Positions 11,148-25,342 are shown, counted from the first letter of the whole stretch. The stretch is 63,059 bases of DNA, filler included, from Sluysia triapertura (GCA_046118255.1; 5 parts of 5 records of this genome joined end to end with filler, not necessarily neighbours in it), one strand, 5' to 3'. A program made the numbers and translations. The notes: generated from the letters alone by a model not told the origin.

Positions 11148-13608
11148 AGGAATATAACATTAACATACACCAATTAACAAATGAAATTATACCACCAAAA
11201 GAAATAAGTCGTATAATCACAAAATTTGTAAAATAAGATCATATGATTAAATATATGTTTATATATGTAATTATAGAATAAAAGTGATCATACAATTAAC
11301 CTGAGAAAATTTATTATAGAATGAAATTTAAAAACTTATTGGCCATAACATAATATCAATGTAGTATATAAATACTACACTATACTATCTTTATGTAGTT
11401 TTATTAGATAAATATTTACAAGCTTGGTTTTTACATCACAATTTTGTCTCCAACAACTGTCATAATAAGTAGAATATCTAATATAAAATCTTAAAGTTAA
11501 AGTTAAAGATTATTTGAAATTAATTAAGAAATTGAGATTTTTCAAAAGAAAAACTGTGTAACTTCCACATCTAACGATATCACATATTTATATTAATTTG
11601 AAAATTTACAAATAATTCTTACAAATTCATAAAATTAATATAATAAGTTTTATTAATAACCAATTTTAAACAAAGTAATAAACCATTTATTATTACAATA
11701 AATTGAAAGCTTTAATTTCAGATTTCAAACAAGCAAGTATTCATTTTATCTTCAGGGAATAGTTTGATTTTATTAGAAGCCAAAATTAAAATTTAGTAAA
11801 AATCGCATAATTCTGTGTGATTACAACACATAAAGAAAGAAAATAATAAAATTAATCATTCTTCAATGAAAAATATTCAATACAAATTCAATTATAGAAA
11901 TTCAATATTTTCATAAGAATGAATTATTATTAATCAGCATTTAAGAATTAATTGTTGATTTATTTCAATGTTTTTTTTGTAATTTTTATTTTAACAGAAA
12001 CATGTTTTACATGAATATTTTGTTGTAAAATAATAAATTATGAAAAATCCAATGGAAATAAATGAATTATTTAATTTATTTATGACCAAATTTTATTTAT
12101 TTATATATTCAGTTAAGATGGTGTGGTAAGCCAAAACTACAAAGCATATTAAAAAATAAATTTAAAATAAATATATAAAATAGATGAATAATTATTATTC
12201 ATATTATGAATTTTGTTTTAATATTGTCTTTAATATTATCATTAGATAATATAGATTATTATTGTTACTATTAAAATATTAAATTGTTTTTCAAAAATGA
12301 TTATAATTAATAGTAAGAATATATTAAATTTTTATTTATTTGATACCAGAAAATAAATAAAATGCTTCTCCGAATTTTAAATTCTTTTCTTTTTAAAATA
12401 CTTTGTGGCTAAAAAATAGCAACTTATTAATTTTAATGTGTGGATAAAGTAGCAAATTAATATGCAGAATGAAAAATTAATACTAATGATTCAAAAATTT
12501 GAAAAATAATAAACATTGCATTATTAAAGAAAAGAATGAACAAATTTCTAAAATAAATTAGCGATTTGATTTGTTGGACTACATATGTCAAAAACTTTAT
12601 GTGAAATTCAAGGTCGATGATAAGATCGAATATGAACTATACAAATTATTAAATTTAGTAAGCAATTTGAATAGTAATTTTTGGAGAATGTATTGATAAA
12701 AATATGGACGAGGTTTTCGATGAAGTAGAAGCACTGTCAATAAAATAAGTGTCCTATAATAATGGTGGTGAGAATAACATCCTCCGATGAATGCAGAAAT
12801 AATTGGAAATCGTTTATATGTTGCTCTGATTTTTAGAAAGTTAAGTGTCGAAGATACCAATCATCATTTCGATTTGATCACAACGATGATCAAATGAATA
12901 ATCTAAAGATATCAAAAGTAAATTTAGTTGTTTTAAGAATTCTCTTCTTATTTTATTCGAAAATCAAGATTTATCAGTGTTAACTGCAAAACTATCAATT
13001 ACAAGAAAAGATTACCCATTTTTTATTATAAATGTAAAATAAATGCGTAATCGTATGTTCATAATTGATTGGATGGTACATGAAGATTTAATTAATGATC
13101 CAATTGAAGATACTCGCAAAAAAGGCTATACTGAATTAATCAATCTAATTGTTAATATTTGTCAAATATTTTACGATGGATATTAGTTATTAGATACTCA
13201 CATTTTCCAAAGCATGTCTGAACAGTTGATTAAATTAATTTCTGAGCAGAATATCAGTGACGTTGTGAAAGTGATTCAAAGTTTACTCCAAAATCAAGCA
13301 AAGTACTTCGTCCACTATGCCACTTAATTTTCAGGCTAATAGTGATCAAAATCAACATTCATCAGTTATGGTTACACAAGAAAACAATAATTTAATCACA
13401 AATAACAGTCGATTAGATAATTATGATTGCATTATTTGTCACATTTTGTGGATGTGTATTGTTATTTTCTCGTCATTTATGCACCTTATCATTTGTATTC
13501 GTTTGTAACGAGAGAAGTGAATGTATGTATTTAGAAAATTTTATAATTAATTTTAATTTAAATTTTACTCGAACTGAAATTTTAAAAATCTAATCTGTCT
13601 TAATTTCA

Positions 13609-13996
13609 ATGTCTTCGCGTGATCCGGAATCTAAATATAACATAAGAGTTCTTCGATTAATAACGTACGGTTTCATGTGGAAGCCATGTTCGAAAAATCT
13701 TCAGCTGAAGGTAATTCTTAAGAAACTATTTAACTGTATAACTTAAAATTTGTGAGAAAATAACTAAAAAAATCTCCCATTTTAAGAGACCGAACGTTTA
13801 ATTCAAGAACTAGATCAACAAAATGCAGATAATATGGCATTGTTATCTTTTGACAGTAATTTGATCATGTTAACTATACATTTCATATATTAAAAATGAA
13901 CAGCAATGTTTATTAACAGCTCTGCGGTCTTTCACACAAAAAGGACCAACATATTCATTTTGTAATGTATGTTTAATATCAAATGTTGAAGTTTAA
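13609..13996 (+). CDS. Possible small 3-exon hypothetical protein (~80 aa)
   Basis: Exons at about 13609-13710, 13789-13855 and 13920-13996 with GT-AG introns join in frame: MSSRDPESK...|TERLIQELDQQNADNMALLSFD|TLRSFTQKGPTYSFCNVC... No family recognised, and the frame of exon 1 is ambiguous. Confidence 0.35.
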
Positions 13997-16900
13997 CCAT
14001 AAAACACAAATTATTATACTATAATAGAAAATTTGATACAAATGATAATAAAATTTTTATTTTAGTTTTTATTTAATATTTTTAGTTTTATTTAAGTTTC
14101 GCTTCCTTTTACTTACTTTGATATTATCTTTAATTTTCAAAATTATATTTATATTTATTATATTCAAATTTTTTTATTTTACTGTTGTTCGAATAAAGAC
14201 TAATATTAAAATTGTGAGCCTAATGTAGCAATATATTTGTAAACATTATTTTCACTGCAAAAACGATTTCGTTATGTAATATCAATGGAAGAGAAGTTTT
14301 TCTGTTCTGCGAAAGTTTATATTCCTGTTAAATCAACCGAAAATCACTTGGAGCTAAGTAAAGACTGTATTTGTTCAATTAGATCTAATTTATTAAACAA
14401 TTATTGGGGAAATCTTCATGAAGATATCATTTTTCTAATCGCATTTATAGATTGTCAGTTTTCTGTAAAATCAAGCTATACATAGTTATCTCGATTGTTA
14501 AGTACTGAGAGCATCATTTCTTTGTGAAAAATTCATACTTTCTGAGATATTTAATGAGCACTGAAACATTATCATATTGTTCTTAAACTTTTAAATTAAT
14601 TTTAGACATCTGTGCAGTTAATATGCATATTAATAGAAATGACAGAATAGAAATAAAATAGATATGACAATAAGAATACTTATAGAAGAAAATTAATTAA
14701 TTTATAGCTGAAATTGTTCGTATTATCACGATAATACATACATTAACTATAATACAACTTAACTTTATGGAGATAAGTTATTATAAAATGAATCCGAATA
14801 ATTTATTTGTCATAATACAACAAATTTTCAATAAAATTATTAACAATACCAAAATATCGATTGTTAAAACGATGTTACAAGGTAATATTGATTTGAAAAT
14901 GATGTTATCTCTTTAATGATATTGCGTTTATTAATTTTTTAATTAACAACTGAGATATCATTATTTAGATACATAGATTTTGTTGTGATTAAGTGTTAAA
15001 TTATTTAACTTAACTTTTATTTTAATATCCACAACATAATTAAAATTCAGAGTTTATACGAGTTAAAAAAGAACTCATATTAAAGTTAAAAATCTTAATG
15101 TAACGATATCGAAAAGTTACACTTTTATAAAAATTGAAAGTAAATAATAAATAATATCTTCAAAAAATAAGTTATATATATATATATATATATATATAAA
15201 AGTTGCTTTAAAAACCTTATAAAATGCTTTCATTGTTATTTTACTTAACATATATTCATTTTTTTTGTTTAGTTTATTATTTTATGAAAAAATTACAATT
15301 TATTTTTTGTTTCCGTTAATTATTTTCTTTCCTTATTAAAATATAAAGAAAAATTTAAATAATTTTAACTTTTCTAATTTTAGATTGGACAGAAATAAAG
15401 ATATATTTAAAAAATCCAAATTTATTTAGTCAATAAAATATTCACTCTCAATTTCTCTCATTTGATGGTAACGTTTTATCACTTGATATGAAATATTTGA
15501 CCATTTCTAGCTTTTTTGCGCGAACAAAAATCTGACGAATCATTATTGATCTATAACTGAATTAGAACTACAAATCCGAGTGACTCTTGCTGATAAAACT
15601 TCTAACTATTTCTGGCTTAATCGATGTAATTGGTACCAATTGTATTATTTCAGTCATGTCACCAGACATACAAAAAAAGTCAGTCTGAGAAACGGTTCTA
15701 CTAGTTAACCTAGAGAAATTTTGTTAAAATCTTAGTGGCACTGAAATCAGCCTTATACGCGAAGCATTTAAAGAAATCAGCTTACTATAATTCATTTAGT
15801 TCACATATTTTATATTTTTTTGTTGAAACTCTTCGTCTCATTGAGTGTGCCATTTGATTTCTCAACTTTTTGCCATTTTTTCTACTTCTGCTAACCAACT
15901 AGACCTTTTGGATCGGACCATATTTCCACCGATTTACCTTCCTTTGATCTATTACAACAATCTTATTTTTGATAAGTTATACAATGCTGAAGCCATTCTT
16001 ACTATTAATATTTAAATGTTTTGTATATCCAACCCACGACTTATTACTTCACTAGTAAGTTATGCCACAATGACAAGCATTACATCGATAAATCGACAAT
16101 TTAAACTATGCATTTTTAAATCAATAGCAGATTTTCATATATTTTTAATGTTTGCTTTGTTAAGATTCATTAACATTTATTTTATTCACAGTTATTTTTA
16201 TTAAAACATAAGTTAAATCATCAATTAAAATTAACGATGTTTTAATGCTTTTAATAATGCATTAAAGTGTGGTAAATTACTTTATAATTTCAACTTTTTG
16301 TTTTGTTACCACACAGTATAAATTAATTGTTTAATGAGTTTGACTTTATTAGGTTTAACTACAACATTGTTAAAATTAGTCATAATTAATTAGTATCTTA
16401 TTTAGTATATTGATTATAATAAATTATATCATTTGTTTAAAAATATCACAAGAAATACGTATACCATTCGGAAATGTTTGTGTAAAATCTAAAAACAAAT
16501 ATCAGTGTGATGTTTTATTACTAAGACACTTATGTGCAAAATTATTTTAATATGGATTCGCCTATAGTATGAGGTTTATATATTTTAACAAAGACATATC
16601 TATAAAATTTTTAACAAATTATGTTCTTCGATCTAAGTGTTTATCTTTAATTTAAATTATTTTTAATTAATAATTTCTTATCAATGTTGGACGTTACATA
16701 ACTCTTTCTATTGACTTTTAAATCAGCACTCTTCAAACAAATTTATTTGAAAATATTCTTTCAAAATTTATTAATTAACAAAGTCGTCAGTTTAATTATT
16801 AACAAAAGAAGTTATAAGAAAAGAAATTAATAATACGATATGTGTTAGAATACAAATAACACAAAAAACTCGAAGTCTAAATTTAAAATAAAATATATAA

Positions 16901-17130
16901 AAATATTATACATTATCACATTAGATGTTACTCTAACGAGACTAAATGGTATTTTTATAAAGATTTTATGACTGGCTTAAACTAGCGTAAAGTTGCTAAG
17001 ATTTTGAGTCAAAATTATACCTCACTTAAGCGAAGAAAACCTATATAACAAAAACTTACGAATTTCTTTTACAATTACTTTTGGAAAATTAAAGTTGTCC
17101 TGATCTGCAATAGTAATTCGTCAAATTTAC

Positions 17131-18367
17131 GTCTTCCAATATATTAAGATTTTGATAAGCCAATTTAAATTACAACCAATGTAACGAACCAAATGAGTGA
17201 TTGAATTTAATTAACCAATATATTAGTTTCTCAATTTTACCAAATTGGAATTACAACCAACATTTCGAATAATTCGTTTCACTTAGCGAAATCAATTAAA
17301 ATTTCCATTAGCAAAATAATTTTTTAGAAAAATCAATTAGTTAATTTCCATCAGCTAAAAATTTTTTTACAATAAATTCACTTAATTATTATAGTAATTT
17401 CCATTAACTTCCATAACTAAATAAATTAATACATTAAGACTCATTTGCAATTTATTTCAATTTTCCCATTATATATAATATTCATTATTTTCTTTTTCAC
17501 TTAATTTATTATTTTCCAGTTCAAAAAATTAATTATTTTTATATTTCACTTGTCTAAAATATTTACAACCATGAAAAGAATCTAATAAAATAATTTGCGG
17601 AAATGCTTGTTTTGCTACATTTTGGTTTCTAGGATTTTTTAAATATTAAATAATGCATATCAAAATTTCGAATAAAAATAGTCGTTTAGGAAATAATTTG
17701 GCAAATTAGATTAGTGAAATTTCAATTAAAATTCACAATCTAATAATGAAGTATTTAAATATACTTGACGTAGATGATATTATTATGCATTTGTTTTGTA
17801 AGACTTAAAAAAGTAAGTAGTACAAATAACAATTTCCTAAACATTTTCGAATTTCTATGTGCATTTGTTCGTTTATGTATATAAAGATAGAATGTAATGG
17901 CCAATAAAAGATTTGACTTAAATTACAATACTTGTTAATCATAAATGTTTTATTAACAAGTCAATTTCAGGTAACATTCAAACTTTTGAAAATGTTTTGA
18001 TAAAATCAGCAAGTTTAATATCGTCTTTAACAGAAGATTGAAATTATTTCACAAGATTTTCGAAGTGTCATCAGAATAGAATTGTGTATATATTATTATT
18101 ATTATTATAAATTAAAAAAGACAAAATATTTAAAAATATTAAAAAATAAAAGCTAATGGATTTTAAATTATAATGGAAATAATTGCAAAAAAATATTAAT
18201 GCATTATTTAATGAAAATAAATATTAAAAAATTCATGGATGATTTAATGGACATAAATGTAAAAATAATAGATTATTTAATGGAATTGAATAAATAGAAT
18301 TAATGAAAAATATAATAATTCATTAATGGATTTAATTGATGAAAATTCTTTAATATAAAAGGCAGAC
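17131..18367. mobile_element. Foldback-like non-autonomous DNA transposon relic with inverted subterminal repeat arrays
   Basis: Left end gtcttccaatatattaagattttgat is an imperfect inverted repeat of right end atgaaaattctttaatataaaaggcagac. The (a)tttccatta array at about 17300-17470 mirrors the taatgga(a/t) array at about 18150-18330. Confidence 0.5.
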
Positions 18368-19530
18368 TCTGACAAACTCGTAAGAGTTACAAAATCTTAC
18401 TTAAATTAATTGCATTTCTGTTGGTCCTTAAGGCCAATAATAAAATCATATTAAATTTCTAACTATAACTCCACCGAGCCTCTTTAGACTAGATCTATTC
18501 GAATTAATATTATCATTATTTTATAAATTGTTAAACTTGTATTTTAATTGTGTAATTTTGGTTAATTAGATTAATATACCTTGATAATATTTGTTATTTT
18601 TATGTTTAGTATAATTTGTTTGTAGTACATAATTTTCGATTACCGAATCGATTTATAAACGTTTGACAAGATTATTCGAAATTAAATTTATCGCCTTTTT
18701 TTAGTATTAACGACTTTGCGCTTAGCTAGTAAGATATCTTGTTGAATTTCTTCTTGCATATAAGTTACTTTCACGCACTTACAAATACACCATTTATAAT
18801 CAATTTTGCTGAGTAGGTTAAGTTTACTGCATAAAAAATTACCAGCATGTCAAGTGGTGGATTTAAATGTTGATGATATCGAGTTATGTATTATAAGTTC
18901 ATTAGTAAAGATAATAAATTTAAACATAATTTAATGATTACTAATTTGCTTGAGGTTGTTATTTATTGATCCAATCAAATAAATTCCACCAAGTAATTGT
19001 GAATGCATACGTAAGATTGTAAGTATTTCTGTGTGTGAATATGCAGAAACATTGTGTTTTCTATCAATATTCTATTGCAACTTATTAATTTGTTGGGATA
19101 ATATGGCCAATTTTATTATACATTATACATTATACTTAATTATATATTCATATGCATTCATTTTGTGGATGTGCGTTGATTTTATTAGTTAGTTTTTGTT
19201 TTCTTCACTTTCATTACAAAAAATCATAAGTTTTTCTGCTTTTCTGACTCTTAATTAAGCTTTGTGTATCTAAATTTTCACCTACAAAATCGTGTTTTTG
19301 TTTACTTTTAATATCAGATTATTTTAAAATTATTGAGATGTTTTATAATTTTAGATAAGTTCTATTATAAGTTTATAAATTTAAGTAAAATAATAATAAT
19401 AAGACAATTAATTTTGTGGAAAATTTATTTATTTAAAAACAATGCAAAATAACATAATAGAAAATAATTTGTTTAACTTTTGTTTTAAAATAGCCATTTA
19501 TAGTAAATTTATTTGCAATTTTAGTAATAA

Positions 19531-19572
<42 letters not shown>

Positions 19573-21699
19573 TAGAATAATAATATAATAATAGGTTTGT
19601 AAATTCTTTCATCATTGTAAATTATTTTATAGTAAATTATTTTATATCATTGTTTCATTATCTTGAAGTCGTCAAATTTCTTCAAAAAAGTTTATTTTGC
19701 CACAATTTCAGAAGTTTATAAATTAAAAGTGATGTTCAAATGATAATGTGTAGTGCTCTTTGTTAATAACAAAACCTAACATTAACGAGGAGTTTAAATA
19801 AAATGGTTTCTAGATGACACTTTAATTTACAAGTTTAATAAGAAGTGATTGGTCACAAAACTTTTCCACTATTGTAATTGACCTATTATAACCTATGACT
19901 TCAAAAAATGGACTCTTACACGGCTTTTTCTTTGTAAATTCCGATTCTATGCACTTAAATTATTTAATGCCACTGCTTCAACAATATTGTTGCTAAAAAT
20001 AGTGTTTAAATTTTGTGACATAAATCATATCATATATTTTTTAAAATAAATATAAAGCTATAAATTATTTTATTAATTATTTCAACTTTCTAATATATTT
20101 GAATGTTTTAACAAATTTTTATTTGTATAAAAACCATCGAAATGTCACTTAATTTATTCTTTGTTTACTATTTATTATGTTAAAACTTTATTTTGTTATT
20201 CCACCCTAATTTTATGAATAAAATTATCAAAATATTTACTACTTTTAAATTCATACGTTATCTTATTTTTCATTTTTATGAATTAGATTTGCGAAAATCG
20301 ATATTAATTTAATATTTATTACAGAATCTTCAAATATCTCTATCTTAAATCATTTATCTTTTCAATTATCGTAGTTTTTGATATTATTTACAAATAAATT
20401 CTTTTTGGTTTAAATTAATTTTATTTGGTAATTATTTCTTCAGCTATAGTTAGTTCGTCCGTTTGTTTATGTGACATTGACTATTTTTACACGATTTATG
20501 AGTTTTATATCCAATTATATATACTATTTTATTTACTTGTACAATTTTTTCTTTTAAAATAACTTTTAATTTAACTATTTTATCTTAAACAACCTCTATC
20601 ATTGCTTTATAAACTGACCATAACAGTTTCAATGTGAACGTCTCACATAGCCTTTTGTTCCACAACATATTCCATTCTTTTCATAATTCGAAAATATTTA
20701 GTTTCTGTTTTGTTTACATGAGAAACATATATGTATCTATATCGTTTAAAAAAATCAAAATCAACTTCAAAATTACAATTTTTTAACGTTGACAAAGCAC
20801 TTTTTTCCATCACAATCAAAATTATTACAATTAACTTTGTAACAAATTAATAATGTAAATCGGCATTTTTAGCAACGATATTTCGATACACAGTAGGAAA
20901 TTTGGTAAGAGAATTAACGACTTTAAATCCATCGATAACTATTAGTTTAATAAATTATTTGACATTTTGTTTAACGATATGACATTAATAACAATATTCT
21001 TCATTCAATTTTCGCTTCATATTTAATTAAAATAAAATATTTAAACAAAAAGTAATACTACAAAATATTTAATATAGTAATAATAAAAGTAATAAAATTT
21101 AATGATAATAATATTTATTAATAAAATTAATAATGAAATTTAATATAACTGTAGTATAATATTCATTAAACTTGAAAATTTGATTTAATTTAAATTTATT
21201 TAAAATTATTTTTAAAGTAAAATTAAGATCATTTTTATTAAGATTATAATGCTTTTCATCAATTTAAAATGAGAATTAATGGAATTAATATAAATTCAAA
21301 ATTTAAGAAATAACATTTAATTTCAGATTAAAATAAAATAAAGAGTCATTTTAAAATGAGATTCTATAAAAGTAGTATTAAATTTTAAGAATAATTTTAG
21401 ATTAAGTAGAACTAGTATACAATTAAAAATTAATAGCATTATTCTCGATCAAAATTAATTTAAATTAAAGATTGAGAAAATAATGTTATACTAAATTTAA
21501 GAGCATTTTAATCGACAAAAGCTTTACTAAAATGAGATTAAATATAAATTATATGAAATTAAAATTTGATAAGATTATTTGGACGAAAATATTTAATATT
21601 TTACCTTACAATATAACTATTGAATTAAATATTATTATTTCTTGGAATTTATTATTATTATTATTAATTATCATTGAAAAGAAATTTTATTGCTTATTG

Positions 21700-21965
21700 T
21701 CTAAAATTATTATTACAAAAATTTCAATACCATTAGTTAAAGACATTATTCTATCTTGGAAATAAATTAGTATTTCATTTTTGGAGATAAATTAGTTAAC
21801 GACACTTTCTATCTTGGAAATAAATTAGTTGAAGACAACGGTATTTTATTTTTTTTGGAAATAAATTGCTTGAAAATAACACAAATTAATTGGAGATACT
21901 GTTTTGTAATTAAATCATTGAAAATATCATTGGAGAAACAAATTATTGAAGATATTATTTGGACA
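21700..21965. repeat. Degenerate minisatellite with core ttgga(a/g)ataaattag
   Basis: At least five copies of ...tcttggaaataaattagtt... with irregular 24-45 nt spacing. Confidence 0.7.
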
Positions 21966-22382
21966 TCAACTATTAAAGGCATTAAAACAATAGATAGAGG
22001 TAAGCTTGTTAAAACTTTTCGTCCACTTATATATAAAGTTAATTTATAAAAACAAAATATCTTTTTTTATTAATATATTTTATAATATATATTGAATAAA
22101 ATTCTCATATGGATTAATTTGTACATTCGAAATTTTATCGTTTGAATAAATGTTATTGTTCTTATCTTTGTTAAGGAAAAAGGAAAATAAAATTTGAAAG
22201 TGTAACGTAATTAAAATACATATTGAATTTAAGCTTTTCCATTCCCTGTCATCGGAACGAGTATTCGAACTCGGATCCCTAGACAGACTAAGTGAACACG
22301 ATATATAAAACTATTAGTGAACACGATAGATCGAGTTTCAATTAATAAATTATGAATTTATCAAATAAAGTTAAATCTAACA

Positions 22383-22410
22383 CAGGGATCTTCAACCTGG
22401 GTTCCGCAAC
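22383..22410 (+). mobile_element. hAT-type MITE terminal fragment
   Basis: CAGGGATCTTCAACCTGGGTTCCGC resembles the CAGGGGTTCTCAACCTGGGGTCC termini of animal hAT MITEs. The other end is not visible. Confidence 0.45.
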
Positions 22411-23197
22411 TGATTAAGTCAAAACACATATAACATAATAACGATGTATACAACATAGATAAAATNNNNNNNNNNNNNNNNNNNNNNNNNNNNNNNNNNN
22501 NNNNNNNNNTTAATTAATTAANNNNNNNNNNNNNNNNNNNNNNNNNNNNNNNNNNNNNNNNNNNNTTAGTTGTTTCTTTATTAATAAATTTTCGAATATG
22601 TGATATTTTACTTAATTGATATTTACACTTTTTAACAATACAGTTAATATTTTCTTTCATGTTCATTTGTGAATCCATATTTCTTACTTTTTGCTTCGCA
22701 TCATTAATAATCCAAATGTTTACATAGTATTTTATTTTAAGTCTGCAATTTCTTCATCCTTGCTATTTTTCAGAATGACATCACTAATAAGAAAACTGAC
22801 ACAACTAAGAAACCAAAAGACACAACAAATCATGCAGAATATAATGTTTGTGTCAATAATTATACCAAAACAAATTCAAAATATTAAAATACGAAATATT
22901 TAAGATGTTTTTTCTATATCCAAAATACTTATTTTATATTAGCGCTACATAAATAATGATACATTGTTTTATTGAATCAGTTAAATAAAATATTTAATAA
23001 TTCTAATAGTAATAAAATACGCATAATTACAACTCAATGATATTATTTGTGACTAAACCATCTAAATTTGAAATCAATAGTCATTGTTTATGTAAAACTC
23101 AATTTTAATAAATTTTATATAATGATAAATTAATTAAGGAAAATGTTGTACTAATATTAGTCAGTAAGTTATTTAATGTAAATAAAATTATTTTCAG

Positions 23198-25342
23198 AGC
23201 TGGTTCACAAGGTTTTATGAATACTATTGCTATAGATATTTATGATAATGTGCTTTATTTATATGGTCGTTTATTAGGTGAAGCATATCGTATACGTTTA
23301 AATCCTGACAATATGGATTCTGTATCAATGGGAACGGAACACGTTGTAACACTGGAGATAGATCATGAACAACATATAATACACGTTGATTTGTATTTTA
23401 TATAAATATTTAATTTAAAAAATCTAGGCTGATTTAGATGGAACAAAAGTTAAAGAACAACCAAAAATACCAAATAATTTTGAATTAGATACGTACACAT
23501 ATGTGGGAGGAATCGATAGTGTCAATAGATTACCATTTAACTCATTTAGTCATTCAAGCATGGTCGGATGTATTTTGTATTTTAGTGTAAACGATTTAAA
23601 TTACATTAATTTTAATGAGTTAGATTTTAATTTTTTAAAACTATTTATCACTTATAATAGTAAGTAAATAATATTAAATAATAAATTTTTTAGATATAGT
23701 CGCCTAGAAGATGGCACTGAAGCTAAAATATGTGGAACATTTGGTGCTTTATGTACACCGACTCGTTGTAAACCGGGAACATGTTATAACCGAGGATATA
23801 ATTTGTATGAAGTTGACAAAAATTTTTACTGTGATTGTTCTGGAACTAGTAAGTCATATTCATCTCATGCGATTGATATTCGACGAGGTGCTGAATGTAT
23901 TGCAGGTATTATTATTTGCTAATAATAATATTTTTAGATTCTCCAATATTTTCATGCGATTCTAAATCATATTTATTATATAATTTTGTAAGATCAACGG
24001 AAACTCATTTTGATGAAATTTCATTAGATTTTAAAACAACCAATCTAAATGAACCATTATTCATTATGGGAAACGTTATATATGGTAAATATTCGACTTA
24101 TCTAAGTGCACAATTAGTTAACGGCAATTTATTAATACAGGTCAAGTTTAAGCCCAATTTTAATTATGTAGAAGTATGTTTATATTATTACTATTATTGT
24201 TGTTAGAATTTTACAATAACTGGTTTAGTATTGAATGATGAATGGTACACTCTTAAAATCAAACGTGCCAGCTATAATTTTGAATATTCCATTGGAAATA
24301 AAAAATTTATAAGTAATTTTTTTAATATTTACAATTAACTATCGACTTACTTTAATAATCAATATATAATAAATCATTTAATACATTTAGGAAAATTGTT
24401 TATGGGAAATAATAATAATACTATATTTTATAATACAGTAAAAGAATTATATTTGGGCTCATTAACTTATGACACTAATTTAAATGATAAATGTAAAGGT
24501 CAATTTAGAAATTTTTATTGGAATAATAATAATTTCTTGACAAATCGAGATGTAAGTAACAAATACCAATCAAAACTTATGTCCTATCGACCCGAACTTC
24601 CAAAACTACCTCTATTTCCAAGGGAACCACCTCGACCATGTTCAATACCAGCTATAAATCATCATAATTATACTTTAATACCATCAGTTTATATTTTACT
24701 TCCTGTTAATTTATTCTTAATTGAATTCAAAACTCTTTATAGTGGTATAATTTGGCATGTGAGTATTTTAATTTGAATTTGTTTTATTTATTTATTTTTG
24801 TCAGTAAATAATATGATTAAGAAAATATTTCTTTAATTTAGGGTTTCAATATAGTAGATGAAACGGATTTTTTAACTCTTATGATTTATAACAATTCAGT
24901 GCTTTTATTCTTTCAAATTAAAGCCTATAAAAGTATGATAGATATTGAAGTTACTCGTGGTGGGCTTACACTATGCGACAATTCTTGGCATCGAATAATA
25001 GTTCAATTAAACAAGCAAAAACCAAGTATAACAGTCTTTATAGATTCAATCAGTTTATTGACAACTACGGCGATACTACCTAACAATACAGGTATAGAAA
25101 AAATTGCTACTCTTCAATTTGTAATAAGTAATCTGCAAACCACTTTTCAAAATTTGCAATTTTTCTTTATAGTTCAAGCATTAAAACCAACACTGAAATA
25201 TGATAAGGAAGACATTAAATTTGTCGGTTGTATTGGTGAATTTTTGACAAATTTAGACAACTTTACTGGAAATTACTTATTAAAATCTGATACAATCAAT
25301 TTTCCATACAATGGAATGGTTTGTGCAGCTTGTGACAGTTAG
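23198..25342 (+). CDS. Laminin G/EGF domain protein (LamG-EGF-LamG-LamG; neurexin/CASPR-like), 3' part; 5' end not resolved
   Basis: In-frame exons 23198-23384, 23428-23618, 23694-23905, 23938-24173, 24207-24312, 24391-24758 and 24842-25342, separated by GT-AG introns of 32-83 nt. LamG motifs: TYVGG...SMVGCI, ISLDFKT, LNDEWYTLKIKR, LYLGS, IEFKT, LCDNSWHRI, FVGCI. EGF: CTPTRCKPGTCYN...FYCDCSGT...GAEC. AATAAA at 25390. Confidence 0.85.

Noticed and set aside
7654-11220. ORF-track entries with poly-I/L/N or X runs (7654, 7804, 9265, 10805, 11014; likewise 19433, 36132, 61300, 61337)
   Set aside because: They are produced by microsatellites and N gaps.
18056-18082. Minimal hammerhead ribozyme (minus strand CTGATGA-CACTTC-GAAA)
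   Set aside because: Helix II cannot close (C opposite C), and I found no convincing stems I or III.
21700-21965. CRISPR-like repeat-spacer array
   Set aside because: The repeats are degenerate, spacing is irregular, intervening sequences resemble each other, there are no cas genes, and the context is eukaryotic.
22251-22285. Third tRNA gene (B-box-like GAGTTCGAATACTC on the minus strand)
   Set aside because: Only a T-arm-like piece with no cloverleaf; at most an old SINE fragment.
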